In this document: piece by piece, positions 20,098 through 30,270 of the stretch | How the letters are laid out: each line of letters starts with the position of its first letter | Position numbering within the stretch: the first letter of the stretch is position 1 | Origin: Thermodesulfovibrionia bacterium | Lineage (GTDB): Bacteria > Nitrospirota > Thermodesulfovibrionia > UBA6902 | Length of the DNA: 64,000 nucleotides | NCBI GenBank assembly: GCA_963699585.1 | Contig: CAVOUK010000002.1 | Coordinates: 72,811-136,810, forward strand | Reading direction: 5' to 3' | Translations under genes and position numbers: made by a program | Notes under the pieces: generated by a model | Database searches by the model: none | Told to the model about the DNA's origin: nothing | Seen by the model: the letters and a program-made list of their open reading frames with translations, nothing else

Positions 20098-22018
20098 ATG
20101 CTGATAGAAAAAATTAAAGACCCGGCTGACATCAAGAAACTCTCAATAACTGAATTGAACGATCTCGCTGATGAGCTGAGAGAGATAATTATTGAGACAG
20201 TTGCAACCAACGGCGGCCACCTTGCCTCCAACCTCGGCGCTGTGGACATTACTATTGCTCTTCATTATGTCTTTAACTCACCTGAAGACAAAATGGTCTG
20301 GGATGTCGGGCATCAGTCCTATACGCACAAACTGCTTACCGGCCGCTTTAATGCTTTCTCTACCATAAGGCAATATGGCGGCATTTCAGGCTTTCCAAAA
20401 ATGACTGAAAGTCCTCATGACGCATTCGGCACAGGTCACAGTTCTACGTCAATATCCGCCGCACTCGGCATTCTCGAGGCAAGGGACATTATTAAATCCC
20501 AGGTCCCGAATCTCAAAAACCGGATTCCCAATAAGGTAATAGCTATAATTGGTGACGGGGCCATGACAGCAGGACTTGCATTTGAGGGTTTAAATCATGC
20601 AGGACATTTAAAGAAAGACCTCATTGTTATACTGAATGACAACGAGATGTCGATATCCCCGAACGTAGGGGCCCTTTCCGCATACCTCCGCAGGATAATG
20701 ATGGGTGACCTGTATACTAAACTCAAAAAAGAGACAAAATCGTTCCTGGAGAAAATTCCTGCTTTCGGCGAACCCGTACTTAAAATAGCTCAAAGGGCTG
20801 AAGATACTGTTAAAGGACTATTTGTCCCCGGTCTCTTATTTGAAGAACTCGGTTTTGAATATGTAGGCCCTGTCGACGGCCATAAGATCGATTCACTTAT
20901 AGAGACTTTGAAAACATTCAAGGAGTTCCCCGGTCCTGTCCTGATCCATGCCATTACAAAAAAAGGAAAAGGATATGAGCCCGCAGAGAAAAACCCGGGG
21001 CTCTTTCATGGAGTTGGGCCATTTGATATAGAAACAGGCGAGCAGCTTTCATCAGGGAAAATATCTTACAGCGAGATCTTTGGCAACTGCCTTACAAAAC
21101 TCGCAAAAGAAGACAATCGTATTGTTGCTATTACTGCCGCAATGACCGAAGGGACCGGTCTTGGTGAATTTGTAAATAATTTCCCGAAGAGATTTTATGA
21201 CGTGGGCATTGCCGAGCCTCATGCAGTTACCTTTGCAGCAGGGCTTGCAACTCAGGGACTTAAGCCTGTTGTAGCAATATATTCAACCTTCCTGCAAAGG
21301 GCCTATGATGAGATAATTCATGATGTATGCCTGCAGAATTTACCTGTAATTTTTGCAATTGACAGAAGCGGTATCGTTGGTGACGACGGACCTACTCACA
21401 ATGGAACATTTGACCTGTCTTATTTAAGACATATCCCTAATCTGACCGTCATGGCCCCAAAAGACGGATATGAACTGACAATGCATGCTAAAAACTGCTG
21501 TGTCCCTTAATGCTCCCAGCGCGATAAGATATCCAAGAGGCGCTGTTACAAATCCTGATGAACATGAAGAACTTACGACTATCCCGATCGGAAAAGCCGA
21601 GTCTCTAAGAACAGGTGAAGATATTTTGATTATGGCAATAGGCAGTACAGTTATACCGGCTTTAAACGCTTCTCAACTGCTTGCAGATGCCGGCATTAAT
21701 GCCTGTGTAGTTAATGCGCGCTTTGTAAAGCCGTTGGATACCGATCTGATCTCCAGCCTTGCCAGGAATATAAAGTATATCCTGACGGTTGAAGAGAATG
21801 CGGTCTCAGGCGGTTTCGGAAGCGCTGTGCTCGAATATCTTTCCCAATCAGGCATTGAAGGATTGAAAATAAAATTACTTGGTATCCCTGATACTTTTAT
21901 CGAACAGGGCCCGCAGAACCTGTTAAGAAAGAAACTCGGTCTGGATGCTGAAGGCATTGCTCGAGAGGCGATGGCTTTAATAAAAAGTTCCGCAGACTTT
22001 ACGCATTTCCGTAGATAG
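20098..22018 (+). CDS. dxs: 1-deoxy-D-xylulose-5-phosphate synthase; one frame break near 21478-21490
   Basis: [12 protein letters not shown] and GDGAMTAG motifs; ORF 20098..21510 ends ..[10 protein letters not shown].. and ORF 21485..22018 continues [19 protein letters not shown]..; span 1921 nt (3n+1). Confidence 0.9.
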
Positions 22019-22040
22019 ATAGAATTAGTTTCAAAAGATC

Positions 22041-22125
22041 TCTTGGTTGAATTGGTTTGATTGGTTGAATTAGTTAATAAATTAGAACCAATAAAACTAA
22101 TTCAACCAATAGAACTAATTCAACA
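22041..22125. repeat. AT-rich phased (9-nt) inverted repeat / hairpin downstream of dxs
   Basis: TTGGTTGAA-like units at a 9-nt phase (GGTT at 22045, 22054, 22063), then the complementary arm. TTGGTTGAATTAGTT (22061-22075) is the perfect complement of AACTAATTCAACCAA (22095-22109). Confidence 0.65.
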
Positions 22126-22154
22126 TTCTGAGTAATCTTTGGATATAATTTCTC

Positions 22155-22901
22155 ATGTCTTCTCTAAATAAAATCCGTCTCGACAAACTGTTATTCGATA
22201 AAAATCTTGTTGAAAGCAGGGAAAAGGCAAAGGCCCTGATACTTGGAGGCAATGTTCTGGTGAACGGAATTATTGTTGATAAGGCAGGCACGCTTGTGAA
22301 GCCTGATGATGTTTTAACATTATCAGCCAAAATGCCCTATGTAAGCCGCGGCGGGGTCAAGCTTGAACATGCGATAAAGACATTTAATATAGACGTTAAA
22401 GATAAAACAGTAATGGATGTGGGCGCTTCAACAGGCGGATTCACTGACTGCCTTTTACAGCATGGGGCAAAAAAGATTTATGCAATAGATGTAGGTTACG
22501 GGCAATTCAGCTGGAAATTGCGTGGTGATGACAGGGTTGTATTATTCGAAAAAACAAACATACGATATCTCGACAGAGATTTAGTGCCCGACAAAATTGA
22601 TACCGCGACAATTGATGTATCTTTTATCTCTCTTCTGAAAGTCATACCAAAAGTCCTGGAATTTTTAACGCAGCAGGGAGAAATAGTAGCCCTCATAAAA
22701 CCTCAGTTTGAAGTCGGCAGAAAAGATGTCGGCAAAGGCGGGGTTGTCAGGGACGAAAGCAAACAGATAGAGGTCGTTGAAAAGATCAAAAGTGAATCGA
22801 TAAAAATGGGGCTTGAAGTTAAAGGAGTAACTGCTTCCCCGATCAAAGGGCCCAAAGGGAATGTGGAATACTTAATGTATGCAATCAGATCTCCCCTATA
22901 A
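22155..22901 (+). CDS. tlyA: TlyA-family rRNA 2'-O-methyltransferase (S4 domain + FtsJ-like)
   Basis: N-terminal S4-like RLDKLLFDKNLVESREKAKALILGGNVLVNG; MDVGASTGGFTDCLL SAM motif; conserved ispA-dxs-tlyA synteny. Confidence 0.85.
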   Translation: MSSLNKIRLDKLLFDKNLVESREKAKALILGGNVLVNGIIVDKAGTLVKPDDVLTLSAKMPYVSRGGVKLEHAIKTFNIDVKDKTVMDVGASTGGFTDCLLQHGAKKIYAIDVGYGQFSWKLRGDDRVVLFEKTNIRYLDRDLVPDKIDTATIDVSFISLLKVIPKVLEFLTQQGEIVALIKPQFEVGRKDVGKGGVVRDESKQIEVVEKIKSESIKMGLEVKGVTASPIKGPKGNVEYLMYAIRSPL

Positions 22902-23510
22902 AAAAATTCTCTTTCTTCTCCCTCTCAACTGTGGTCTCCCCTCCATGACCTGAAAGAATAACTGTATCTTCAGGCAAGTTTATCAACCGTCTGAAAGATT
23001 CTTTAAGCTTTGCCATGTCTCCGCCATAGAAATCGGTCCGCCCCACAGAACCCTGAAAGATGGTATCTCCTGTAAAGATAACTCCTTGCGCCGTAAAGAC
23101 ATATTCCTCCGGGGCTGTGTCCCGGCGTATGCAGGACTTTAAATGTCAGGTCCCCTGCCTTCACATCATCGCCCTCTTTAATAAAACCATCCGGCTCCGG
23201 CAGGTCATCAACCTCATAACCCCAGAAGGCAGCCTGATCTCTTGACTCCTTTATACAGTTCCTTATCACCTTCGTGTAATAACACCTTTGCGCCGGTTGA
23301 TCTTTTTATGTCCCCCGCTGCTCCGACGTGATCAAAGTGGGCATGCGTCAGTATCACGGCGCTGATCTGAAAGTTATTATCTTTTATAACTTCAAGTATT
23401 CTGTCCGGCTCATCCCCGGGGTCAATGACTATTGCCTGCTTTGTCTTCTCATCACCAACAATATAACAATTCTCCTGAAGCGGCCCGACTGCAAGTTTTT
23501 TGATAATCAT
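22885..23510 (-). CDS. MBL-fold metallo-hydrolase (glyoxalase II-like); two frame breaks
   Basis: ILTHAHFDHVGAAGDIK (HxHxDH) and VLHTPGHSPGGICLY. A third frame gives GDTIFQGSVGRTDFYGGDMAKLKESFRRLINLPEDTVILSGHGGETTVEREKKENF. Span 626 nt (3n+2); 3' end overlaps the tlyA stop by 17 nt. Confidence 0.75.
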
Positions 23511-23522
23511 CCTACCTCCGGT

Positions 23523-24053
23523 TTAATATTCCAAATCCATTTTTATTCTACCGTTAGAGCCAATACTTATCAATTTCGTGTAATGGATAGAATAAAGATG
23601 CATAATCTTTTCAGGATTGCCCCGCATTGCAACTACATCTGCAATGTAAATTGTGTGATCTCCGGTTTCCGTCTGATTCACAATTTTACATTCAAAGGAA
23701 ACAGTTACACCATCAATAGTCGGTGTTTTTATCGTCTTTGACGGAATCGCCTTGAATCCGGTGTCTTTAAATTTGTCTATCTCTTTTCCGCTTTTTGTAC
23801 CGCAGATCCACGCATCCTTTTCCTGTCCCTCTGAGGGGAAGCACAGGACAAACTCTTTGTGATGCTCAAGACACTCATGCGTATATCTTGGATGACCGAT
23901 TGAAACAGCAATCATCAAGGGCGACCATGATGTAAACATCCACCACGAAAGCCCCATGATGTTGGGTCTTTCCCGTTTGTCCAATGTAACAGCAAGCACA
24001 TAAGGAAATGGTGACGCTAATTCAAAAGCTTCCTGTCTGCCAAGTTCTTTCAT
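23523..24053 (-). CDS. Flavin reductase-like (FMN-binding split-barrel) domain protein
   Basis: ..FPYVLAVTLDKRERPNIMGLSWWMFTSWSPLMIAVSIG.. typical of the flavin reductase-like domain. Confidence 0.7.
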   Translation of the reverse strand: MKELGRQEAFELASPFPYVLAVTLDKRERPNIMGLSWWMFTSWSPLMIAVSIGHPRYTHECLEHHKEFVLCFPSEGQEKDAWICGTKSGKEIDKFKDTGFKAIPSKTIKTPTIDGVTVSFECKIVNQTETGDHTIYIADVVAMRGNPEKIMHLYSIHYTKLISIGSNGRIKMDLEY

Positions 24054-24080
24054 TTAACCCTCCTTTTTATTAATTAACAA

Positions 24081-25022
24081 TTATTCATTGTTCATTAATA
24101 ATTGTTTTACCTCTTCCAGATCCGGTATCCCTGCCCTCCCGCCTAATTTCCGGCATTTAAGCGCTGCAAAAGCGGACGCAAAACGCACTACATCTTTTAT
24201 GTCCCATCTCTGCAAAAGTCCATAAATATATCCTCCGTGAAACACATCGCCGGCTCCTGTAGTATCAACAACTTCAACTTTAAAAGCAGGTGTATAAAAA
24301 AGCTCGTCCCCGGCGGCTGTTATGCAGCCTCTTTCGCCAAGAGTGATCGTTACTGCTTTGGGACCGAATGACTTCATGTCAATTACTGCTTTTTCGGGAT
24401 CAAACAGTTTATCTTCCCTGAACAATTCCTTTGCAAATTCTTCGGAACTGACCACGTAATCGCATAAGCGCGCAAGCTCGATCATTCCCTCGCGCACCCT
24501 TCCGGCATCAAGCATAACAGGAATATTTTTTTCTTTTGCTTTACGTACAGCATAAATTGACGCCTCAGCCATCAAACCATCAACAAGCAGAAAATCCGCA
24601 TTGTCAAGAAAATCATCAGGCAGTTCATGGGGATTCAAAGGCCCGGATGAAGGCCTTTTCCAGAAAATTGTCCGTCTTCCACTCTCTTTCTCAACCGCGA
24701 TAAATGCAACCTGTGAATTTGATCGCGGCCTTATCACAAGTCCATTGATATTTATATTTTCTGACCGGAGAGATTCTGATATTTTCTGACCGGCTTCATC
24801 ATCACCTATTATGCCGTAGAAATGGCACGTAATCCCCAGCCTTGAAAGACTTACAAGCGCAGTAGCAACAGGGCCGCCGCCGGAAATGGTCCAGTCTATG
24901 ACCTCTTTTTTTGTATCAAGCGCCGGGAATGAGTCTATAGCAAACAAGTGATCAAGTGCACACTGGCCTATTCCCGCAACTTTCATGTCTATAATCATAA
25001 AAATGTCTACCGAAGAATGCAA
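24081..25022 (-). CDS. PfkB-family carbohydrate kinase
   Basis: C-terminal DTTGAGDVFHGGYIYGL signature; the true start may be the internal MKVAGIGQCALD at 24986. Confidence 0.85.
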   Translation of the reverse strand: MHSSVDIFMIIDMKVAGIGQCALDHLFAIDSFPALDTKKEVIDWTISGGGPVATALVSLSRLGITCHFYGIIGDDEAGQKISESLRSENININGLVIRPRSNSQVAFIAVEKESGRRTIFWKRPSSGPLNPHELPDDFLDNADFLLVDGLMAEASIYAVRKAKEKNIPVMLDAGRVREGMIELARLCDYVVSSEEFAKELFREDKLFDPEKAVIDMKSFGPKAVTITLGERGCITAAGDELFYTPAFKVEVVDTTGAGDVFHGGYIYGLLQRWDIKDVVRFASAFAALKCRKLGGRAGIPDLEEVKQLLMNNE

Positions 25023-25344
25023 GTAGCGTCAGTCATGAAATGCTGTAGATTATTCAGTCATGTTTATATATAATATTTGCTGTTTGGGGACAGGGCTGAG
25101 AAAGAACTTGGAAACTCATCCTATTCAAGTTTAAAAGATCTGCATTGACAGGGCTATGTTGTGCCTTTCTATTTGCAGGAAATCTTTTAATTGTAAAAAA
25201 AGATAGTTGCCTGATCAGAGACCTGCCCCAATACAAATAATTATAAAGAAAGGGGGTAAGTGTCAGTTCATCCCGTTTGAAGACCTTCGTACTTCAGACC
25301 GGGCAAACACAAACATTTCGATCAACTAACAATTAAGGGGGACA

Positions 25345-25647
25345 ATGATGAAAAGAAAGATAGCAATTAAAATTTTAGCTGTAACAATAGTGGCACTCGC
25401 AATAAGCTTCCTGACAGGAAGCATATCATTTGCAGAAAAGAAAGATAATACGGCCCCGATCAATATTAATCAGGCAACGCTAAAGGAATTAATCTCTCTG
25501 CCGGGTATCGGTAAAAAGAGAGCAAACGATATTATCGCATACAGGGAAAAGAACGGTAAATTTACCAATATTGAAGATCTTAAAAAAGTAGACGGCGTTG
25601 GAAAAGATACCCTTGAGAAAATTAAAGACCATATTGTTCTGGAATAG
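25345..25647 (+). CDS. comEA: ComEA-family helix-hairpin-helix DNA-binding protein with signal anchor
   Basis: ININQATLKELISLPGIGKKRANDIIAYREKNGKFTNIEDLKKVDGVGKDTLEKIK. Confidence 0.8.
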   Translation: MMKRKIAIKILAVTIVALAISFLTGSISFAEKKDNTAPININQATLKELISLPGIGKKRANDIIAYREKNGKFTNIEDLKKVDGVGKDTLEKIKDHIVLE

Positions 25648-25689
25648 TGTTAAAAGGACTGTGGTTGACAGTTCGAGAGTTTAAAATCA

Positions 25690-25719
25690 GAAGGGGCAGA
25701 ACTGTGTGTCTGCCCCTTC
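25690..25719. terminator. Hairpin between convergent comEA and thiC (probable bidirectional terminator)
   Basis: GAAGGGGCAGA-actgtgtg-TCTGCCCCTTC, 11-bp perfect stem, A/T-rich flanks. Confidence 0.55.
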
Positions 25720-25728
25720 CCTCTAAAA

Positions 25729-27031
25729 TTATTTTTTCCTCAACGCCTCTTCGACTGTCTTGATAGCGCAGAATTCACCGCACATGCTGCATACGTGCGA
25801 CTCTGTCGGAGGCACTTCAGCCCGCCACTGTCTTACTTTATCCGGATTCAATGACAGCGCTATCTGGCCGTTCCAGTCCAGCGCCTTTCTCCTCTTTGCC
25901 ATTTCTATATCGAGATCAATAGCGCCTTTAACGCCTTTTGCAATATCAGCGGCATGGGCCGCTATTTTTGATGCAATGACCCCTTCTTTTACGTCCTCTA
26001 TATTCGGAAGCCTTATGTGTTCGGATGGCGTTACATAGCAAAGGAAATCGGCGCCGGCAGCGCCGGCAATAGCCCCGCCAATCGCTGCAGAAATATGGTC
26101 ATAGCCCATTGCTATATCTGTAACAAGAGGTCCGAGCACATAAAAAGGGGCCCCTTTGCAGATCTCTTTCTGCATTTTTATATTAAGCTCGACCTGATTA
26201 AGCGGCACATGACCGGGGCCTTCAATAATAACCTGAACTCCCGCTTTGACCGCCATGTCCTGCAATCCACCGAGGGTCAAAAGTTCATCTATCTGTGTCC
26301 TGTCCGTTGCATCGGCAATACAGCCGGGACGGGCAGCGTCGCCGAGACTCAGTGTGAGGTCATACTTTCTCGCTATTTCAAGAAGCCTGTCATAATTTTC
26401 ATAAAGGGGATTTTCCCTGTCATTGTAGATCATCCATTCAACGAGAAATGCTCCCCCGCGGCTTACAATATCAAGTATCCTTCCGTCTTCCCTCAGCGTC
26501 TGAATAGTCTTTCTGGTAAGCCCGCAGTGGACCGTGACGAAATCAACGCCCTGTTCAGCATGCTCTTCAATGATCGTAAAGAGATCATCAGCGCTCATCT
26601 TTGAAATAGAGCCTCGCTCTTCAGCAGCCTTTGCAACAGCCTCGTAGATGGGAACTGTTCCAACAGCAATGGGCGATTTTCTGAGAAGCAGTTTTCTGAT
26701 GTCCCTTATCGGCCCGCCCGTTGAAAGGTCCATCACAGCGTCAGCGCCGTATTTCACCAGTACATCAAGCTTTTCCATTTCATCGTCGAGAGAGATCTTG
26801 TCTCTTGAGGTCCCGATGTTGGCGTTTATCTTTGTCTTTAATCCCCTCCCGATACCGAGAGGCTTTATGTCATGGAATGCATTCCTCGATATAACTGAAA
26901 ATCCCGCTGCAATGTCCTGTGAAAGCTTCTCAGGTTCAACGCCCTCATCAAGCGCAACCTGTTTTACTTCATCAGTGATAATCCCTTTTCTTGCAAGCTC
27001 GATTCTGTGTATGCTGCAACTTTTTGTTCAT
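25729..27031 (-). CDS. thiC: Phosphomethylpyrimidine synthase; ATG out of frame by one nt (A5 run at 27021-27025)
   Basis: ORF 25729..26778 plus the same frame upstream (..IELARKGIITDEVKQVALDEG..GIGRGLKTKINANIGTSRD..) gives a full short-form ThiC with C-terminal CSMCGEFC; span 1303 nt (3n+1). Confidence 0.9.
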
Positions 27032-27046
27032 GTTTTTCTCCTCTTT

Positions 27047-27101
27047 GTCATTCCGGACTTGATCCGGAATCCAGTAGGGGCAATTCATGAATTGCCCCTA
27101 C
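27047..27101. repeat. REP-like palindrome pair (GTCATTCCGGacttgaTCCGGAATC + GTAGGGGCAATTCATGAATTGCCCCTAC)
   Basis: The 28-bp perfect palindrome at 27074-27101 is identical to the copy at 28882-28909 and nearly so to 27742-27765; it lies between the thiE stop and the thiC start. Confidence 0.85.
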
Positions 27102-27103
27102 AT

Positions 27104-27751
27104 TTAATTTCCCTTTGTTAAATAAATTATTTCCTTCGCCTTTTCTTCTATGTCCCCCGCTCCAAAAATCCCGGATATCATCGCAACTCCGTAAGCCCCG
27201 GCCTTGATTACTGTTTTGACCCTGTGACTTTTTATCCCGCCAAGCGCAAACACCGGGATCTTTATCTTACTGCTGACTTCCTCTAATTTGTCTAATCCAA
27301 GCGGCTTACCGTATTTCAATTTCGACGGCGTTCTGTAAATCGGCCCGAGAGTTATAAAATCAGCGCCTGCTTTCTCGGCTTCCTTTGCCTCCTTTAAAGA
27401 ATGTGTCGAGACGCCAATCAGAAGTTTATTCTTAACAACCTTTCTCACGGCGCCGGCAGGTATACTGTTCTGTGTAAGATGAACTCCGTCTGCTCCTGCA
27501 GCAAGGGCAACATCAATCCTGTCGTTGATAAAGAGTTTTGCATTATATTTTCGGGTCATCTCTCTCATTTTATATGCAAGCTTTAACAGCTGCCGTGTAT
27601 CCAGGTCTTTTTCTCTTAACTGTATAGCTTTCACCCCGCCTTTCAGGGCCTGCCTGACAGCAGCGATCAGCGAATAGCGATCAGCAGTCAGCTTTCTGTC
27701 GGTAATTAAATAAAGTCTAAAATCTATCATCTGCTCTTTCTGTAGGGGCAA
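27104..27751 (-). CDS. thiE: Thiamine-phosphate synthase
   Basis: DFRLYLITDR.. N-terminus and overall ThiE pattern. The track's start (27751, TTG) lies inside a palindromic repeat, so ATG 27730 (MIDFRLYLITD) is more likely. Confidence 0.9.
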   Translation of the reverse strand: MPLQKEQMIDFRLYLITDRKLTADRYSLIAAVRQALKGGVKAIQLREKDLDTRQLLKLAYKMREMTRKYNAKLFINDRIDVALAAGADGVHLTQNSIPAGAVRKVVKNKLLIGVSTHSLKEAKEAEKAGADFITLGPIYRTPSKLKYGKPLGLDKLEEVSSKIKIPVFALGGIKSHRVKTVIKAGAYGVAMISGIFGAGDIEEKAKEIIYLTKGN

Positions 27752-27794
27752 TTCATGAATTGCCCTTTTGGGCGAGGCACCGCCTCGCCCCTAC
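27742..27794. repeat. Composite REP-like palindrome (GTAGGGGCAATTCATGAATTGCCC + GGCGAGGCACCGCCTCGCC, closed by CCCCTAC)
   Basis: Direct reading; between thiG and thiE. Confidence 0.8.
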
Positions 27795-27819
27795 TTACCC
27801 TTAATCCATAATCCTGTTT

Positions 27820-28590
27820 TTACAGCATTCCCTCAATAGGGCTGCTCGCTGTTGCATAGAGTTTTCTCGGCATTCTTCCCGCCCTGTATGCAAGGCGTCC
27901 GGCCATGACGCCATATTTCATCGCCTCTGCCATAGCGATCGGGTCTTTAGCTCCGGCTATCGCTGTATTAAGAAGTACAGCATCGCACCCAAGTTCCATT
28001 GCTATCGCAACATCGGATGCAGTGCCTACACCGGCGTCAACTATAATAGGCACTTTAGCCTGTTCGAGTATTATCTTTATGTTGTATGGATTTCGTATGC
28101 CAAGTCCTGAGCCGATAGGCGCGGCAAGCGGCATAACAGCAGCAGCCCCTGCATCCACAAGTCTCAAGGCCATAACAGGATCATCATTCACATAAGGAAG
28201 AACTATGAAGCCCTCTTTTGCCAGTATTTCTGTTGCCTTCAATGTTGCGCATACATCCGGGAATAAAGTCTTCTCATCGCCGATGACCTCAAGCTTTATA
28301 AGGTCTGAAACTCCCGCCTCTCTCGCAAGACGCGCATATCTCAACGCATCTTCGATCGTATAGCAGCCTGCTGTATTTGGCAGGATCTTGTATTTCTTCG
28401 GATCAATATAATCAAAGAGGTTCTCTGATTTCCTGTCAAAAATATTCACCCTCCGTACAGCGACAGTGACAACATCAGCGCCTGATGCCTCAATGGCTTT
28501 TCTGGTTTCCTCGAAGTCTTTATATTTCCCTGTCCCTACCCACAGGCGGGATTTGAATTCAATACCTTTAATAATTAATTTATCGTTCAT
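27820..28590 (-). CDS. thiG: Thiazole synthase
   Basis: [24 protein letters not shown].. and full-length ThiG-like sequence. Confidence 0.95.
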   Translation of the reverse strand: MNDKLIIKGIEFKSRLWVGTGKYKDFEETRKAIEASGADVVTVAVRRVNIFDRKSENLFDYIDPKKYKILPNTAGCYTIEDALRYARLAREAGVSDLIKLEVIGDEKTLFPDVCATLKATEILAKEGFIVLPYVNDDPVMALRLVDAGAAAVMPLAAPIGSGLGIRNPYNIKIILEQAKVPIIVDAGVGTASDVAIAMELGCDAVLLNTAIAGAKDPIAMAEAMKYGVMAGRLAYRAGRMPRKLYATASSPIEGML

Positions 28591-28611
28591 AGATTCTCCC
28601 CTCTCAATTTT

Positions 28612-28638
28612 AAATTTGAAATTTCAAATTTGAAATTT
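28612..28638. repeat. AT-only palindromic tract AAATTTGAAATTTCAAATTTGAAATTT between thiS and thiG
   Basis: Direct reading; the 20-bp core AAATTTGAAATTTCAAATTT is a perfect palindrome. Confidence 0.8.
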
Positions 28639-28642
28639 ATTA

Positions 28643-28845
28643 TTATCCTCCTCCAACAAAATTCACAACCTCAACTGAATCGCCGTCTTTAAGAACGTGG
28701 TCCTGAAAATTACACTTCTTTACGATCTGCAGATTCACCTCGACAGCAACCCTCGCCGGCTCGATCTTCAAGGTCTCAAGAAGACCGGAGATAGTTATAC
28801 CGTCCTGCATTTCTGTTTCTGTTCCGTTTAAGTTTAAGTTTCATA
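28643..28845 (-). CDS. thiS: Sulfur-carrier protein ThiS; two 1-nt insertions (AAA run at 28828-28830, CCC/GGG run at 28800-28802)
   Basis: Removing one base from each run gives MKLKLNGTETEMQDGITISGLLETLKIEPARVAVEVNLQIVKKCNFQDHVLKDGDSVEVVNFVGGG (66 aa, C-terminal GG); span 203 nt (3n+2); absent from the ORF track because it is fragmented. Confidence 0.8.
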
Positions 28846-28856
28846 TGTTCTTCATG

Positions 28857-28943
28857 TCATTCCGGCTTGTCCGGAATCTTGTAGGGGCAATTCATGAATT
28901 GCCCCTACATTTTTTCTGGATTCCCTCTTTTGCGGGAATGACA
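28857..28943. repeat. Cluster of three REP-like palindromes (GTCATTCCGGCTTGTCCGGAATC; GTAGGGGCAATTCATGAATTGCCCCTAC; GGATTCCCTCTTTTGCGGGAATGAC)
   Basis: Direct reading at 28857-28879, 28882-28909 and 28919-28943; overlaps the annotated 3' tail of thiH. Confidence 0.85.
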
Positions 28944-30270
28944 CCCAATGCCTTTACATTTATATATGCAATATCTCTTTTGCCCTTGCTCTATCAACTT
29001 TAATTTCTCTGCAAGGCCGTTCGTGCTTTTTTTAATTTCCTTATCCAGCATCTTTATTAACTGCTCTTTCACATCACCTGAAGCGCAGTCTTCAATATAT
29101 TCTTTCAGGCTTAAGAGCGCATTCTCGTTACAAAAAACTTTAATGGCTTCGGTTTCAGCAAGATGCCTGAACTTTTCACCTGTTCTTCCTTCCCTGTAAC
29201 AGGCGGTGCACAGACTCGGCATATGACCAAGGCTTATAATTTTCCCTATGATCTCATCGAGGCCCCTTTTATCGCCTGTCTCAAATTGCTCTGTATCGCC
29301 GTCTTCCACATAGCCCCATGGACTGGTCTTTGAACCGGCCGAGATCTGTGATGCCCCGACAGATAATAGTTCATCCCTTAATTCAGCCGTCTCTCTCGTT
29401 GAGACCACAACTCCGGTATAAGGCAGGGCAAGCCTGTAAATCGCAACTATCTTTTTCAGATCATCATCCGAAACCTTATATTGTAAATTATGGACCATTG
29501 AACCCTGGGCAGGCTGAAGCCGTGGAACAGAAAGCGTATGCGGGCCGAACCCGTATTTATTCATAAGTCTTTTGCAATGCGCGATCAATGCCCCTGTTTC
29601 CCATCGCCAGTCATAAAGTCCGAGGAGCACGCCCATCCCCACATCCTCAAACCCGGCCTCAACGGCCCTGTCCATAACTCCAAGCCTCCATGCATAATCC
29701 GCCTTTGCCCCTTTTGGATGCATGGACCTGTATGTGGGAATATGATACGTTTCCTGAAAGCACTGGTACACGCCGATGCCTGATCCTTTGAGCCTGCGAA
29801 AATCCTCAACACTCATAGGCGCAGTGTTAGCATGCAAAATACGTATATCCGTTCTGCTGTATATTGCATCAACAACTTTTTCAATATGATCAATGCCTGC
29901 CAGTTTTGGATGTTCACCCGCCACAAGCAATAACCTTTTGTATCCCCTGCCGGCAAGCAGTGAAGCTTCCTGAACAGCTTCATCAACTGTCAGTGTCTTC
30001 CTTCTCGCATCACTGTTGCCTGTCCTGAAACCGCAATAGAGGCAGTCGTTCGTGCATTCATTGGATAGATAGAGCGGTGCAAACAATACTATCCTCTTGC
30101 CGTAAACTTTTTCTTTCACCCGGCGCGCAGTATCAAAGACCTCAAGCCAGAGACCTCTGTCTTCCAATGCCAGAAGCGCTGACACCTCTGTCAGGTCCAG
30201 CACCTGCATCTCCAGAGACTTGGCAAGGATGTCCCTGATGCGTGACTGGGTCTGTGTTTGTATTTTTCAT
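28905..30270 (-). CDS. thiH: Radical-SAM tyrosine lyase in the thi operon (ThiH role) with a HydG-type C-terminal CX2CX22C domain; start out of frame by one nt (T5/A5 run at 30263-30267)
   Basis: CTNDCLYC radical-SAM motif, GIGVYQCFQETYH, and C-terminal LCTACYREGRTGEKFRHLAETEAIKVFC. The upstream same-frame stretch ..SRIRDILAKSLE joins ATG 30270 if one A is removed. Span 1366 nt (3n+1); the last ~25 codons run into REP elements and are doubtful. Confidence 0.85.
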
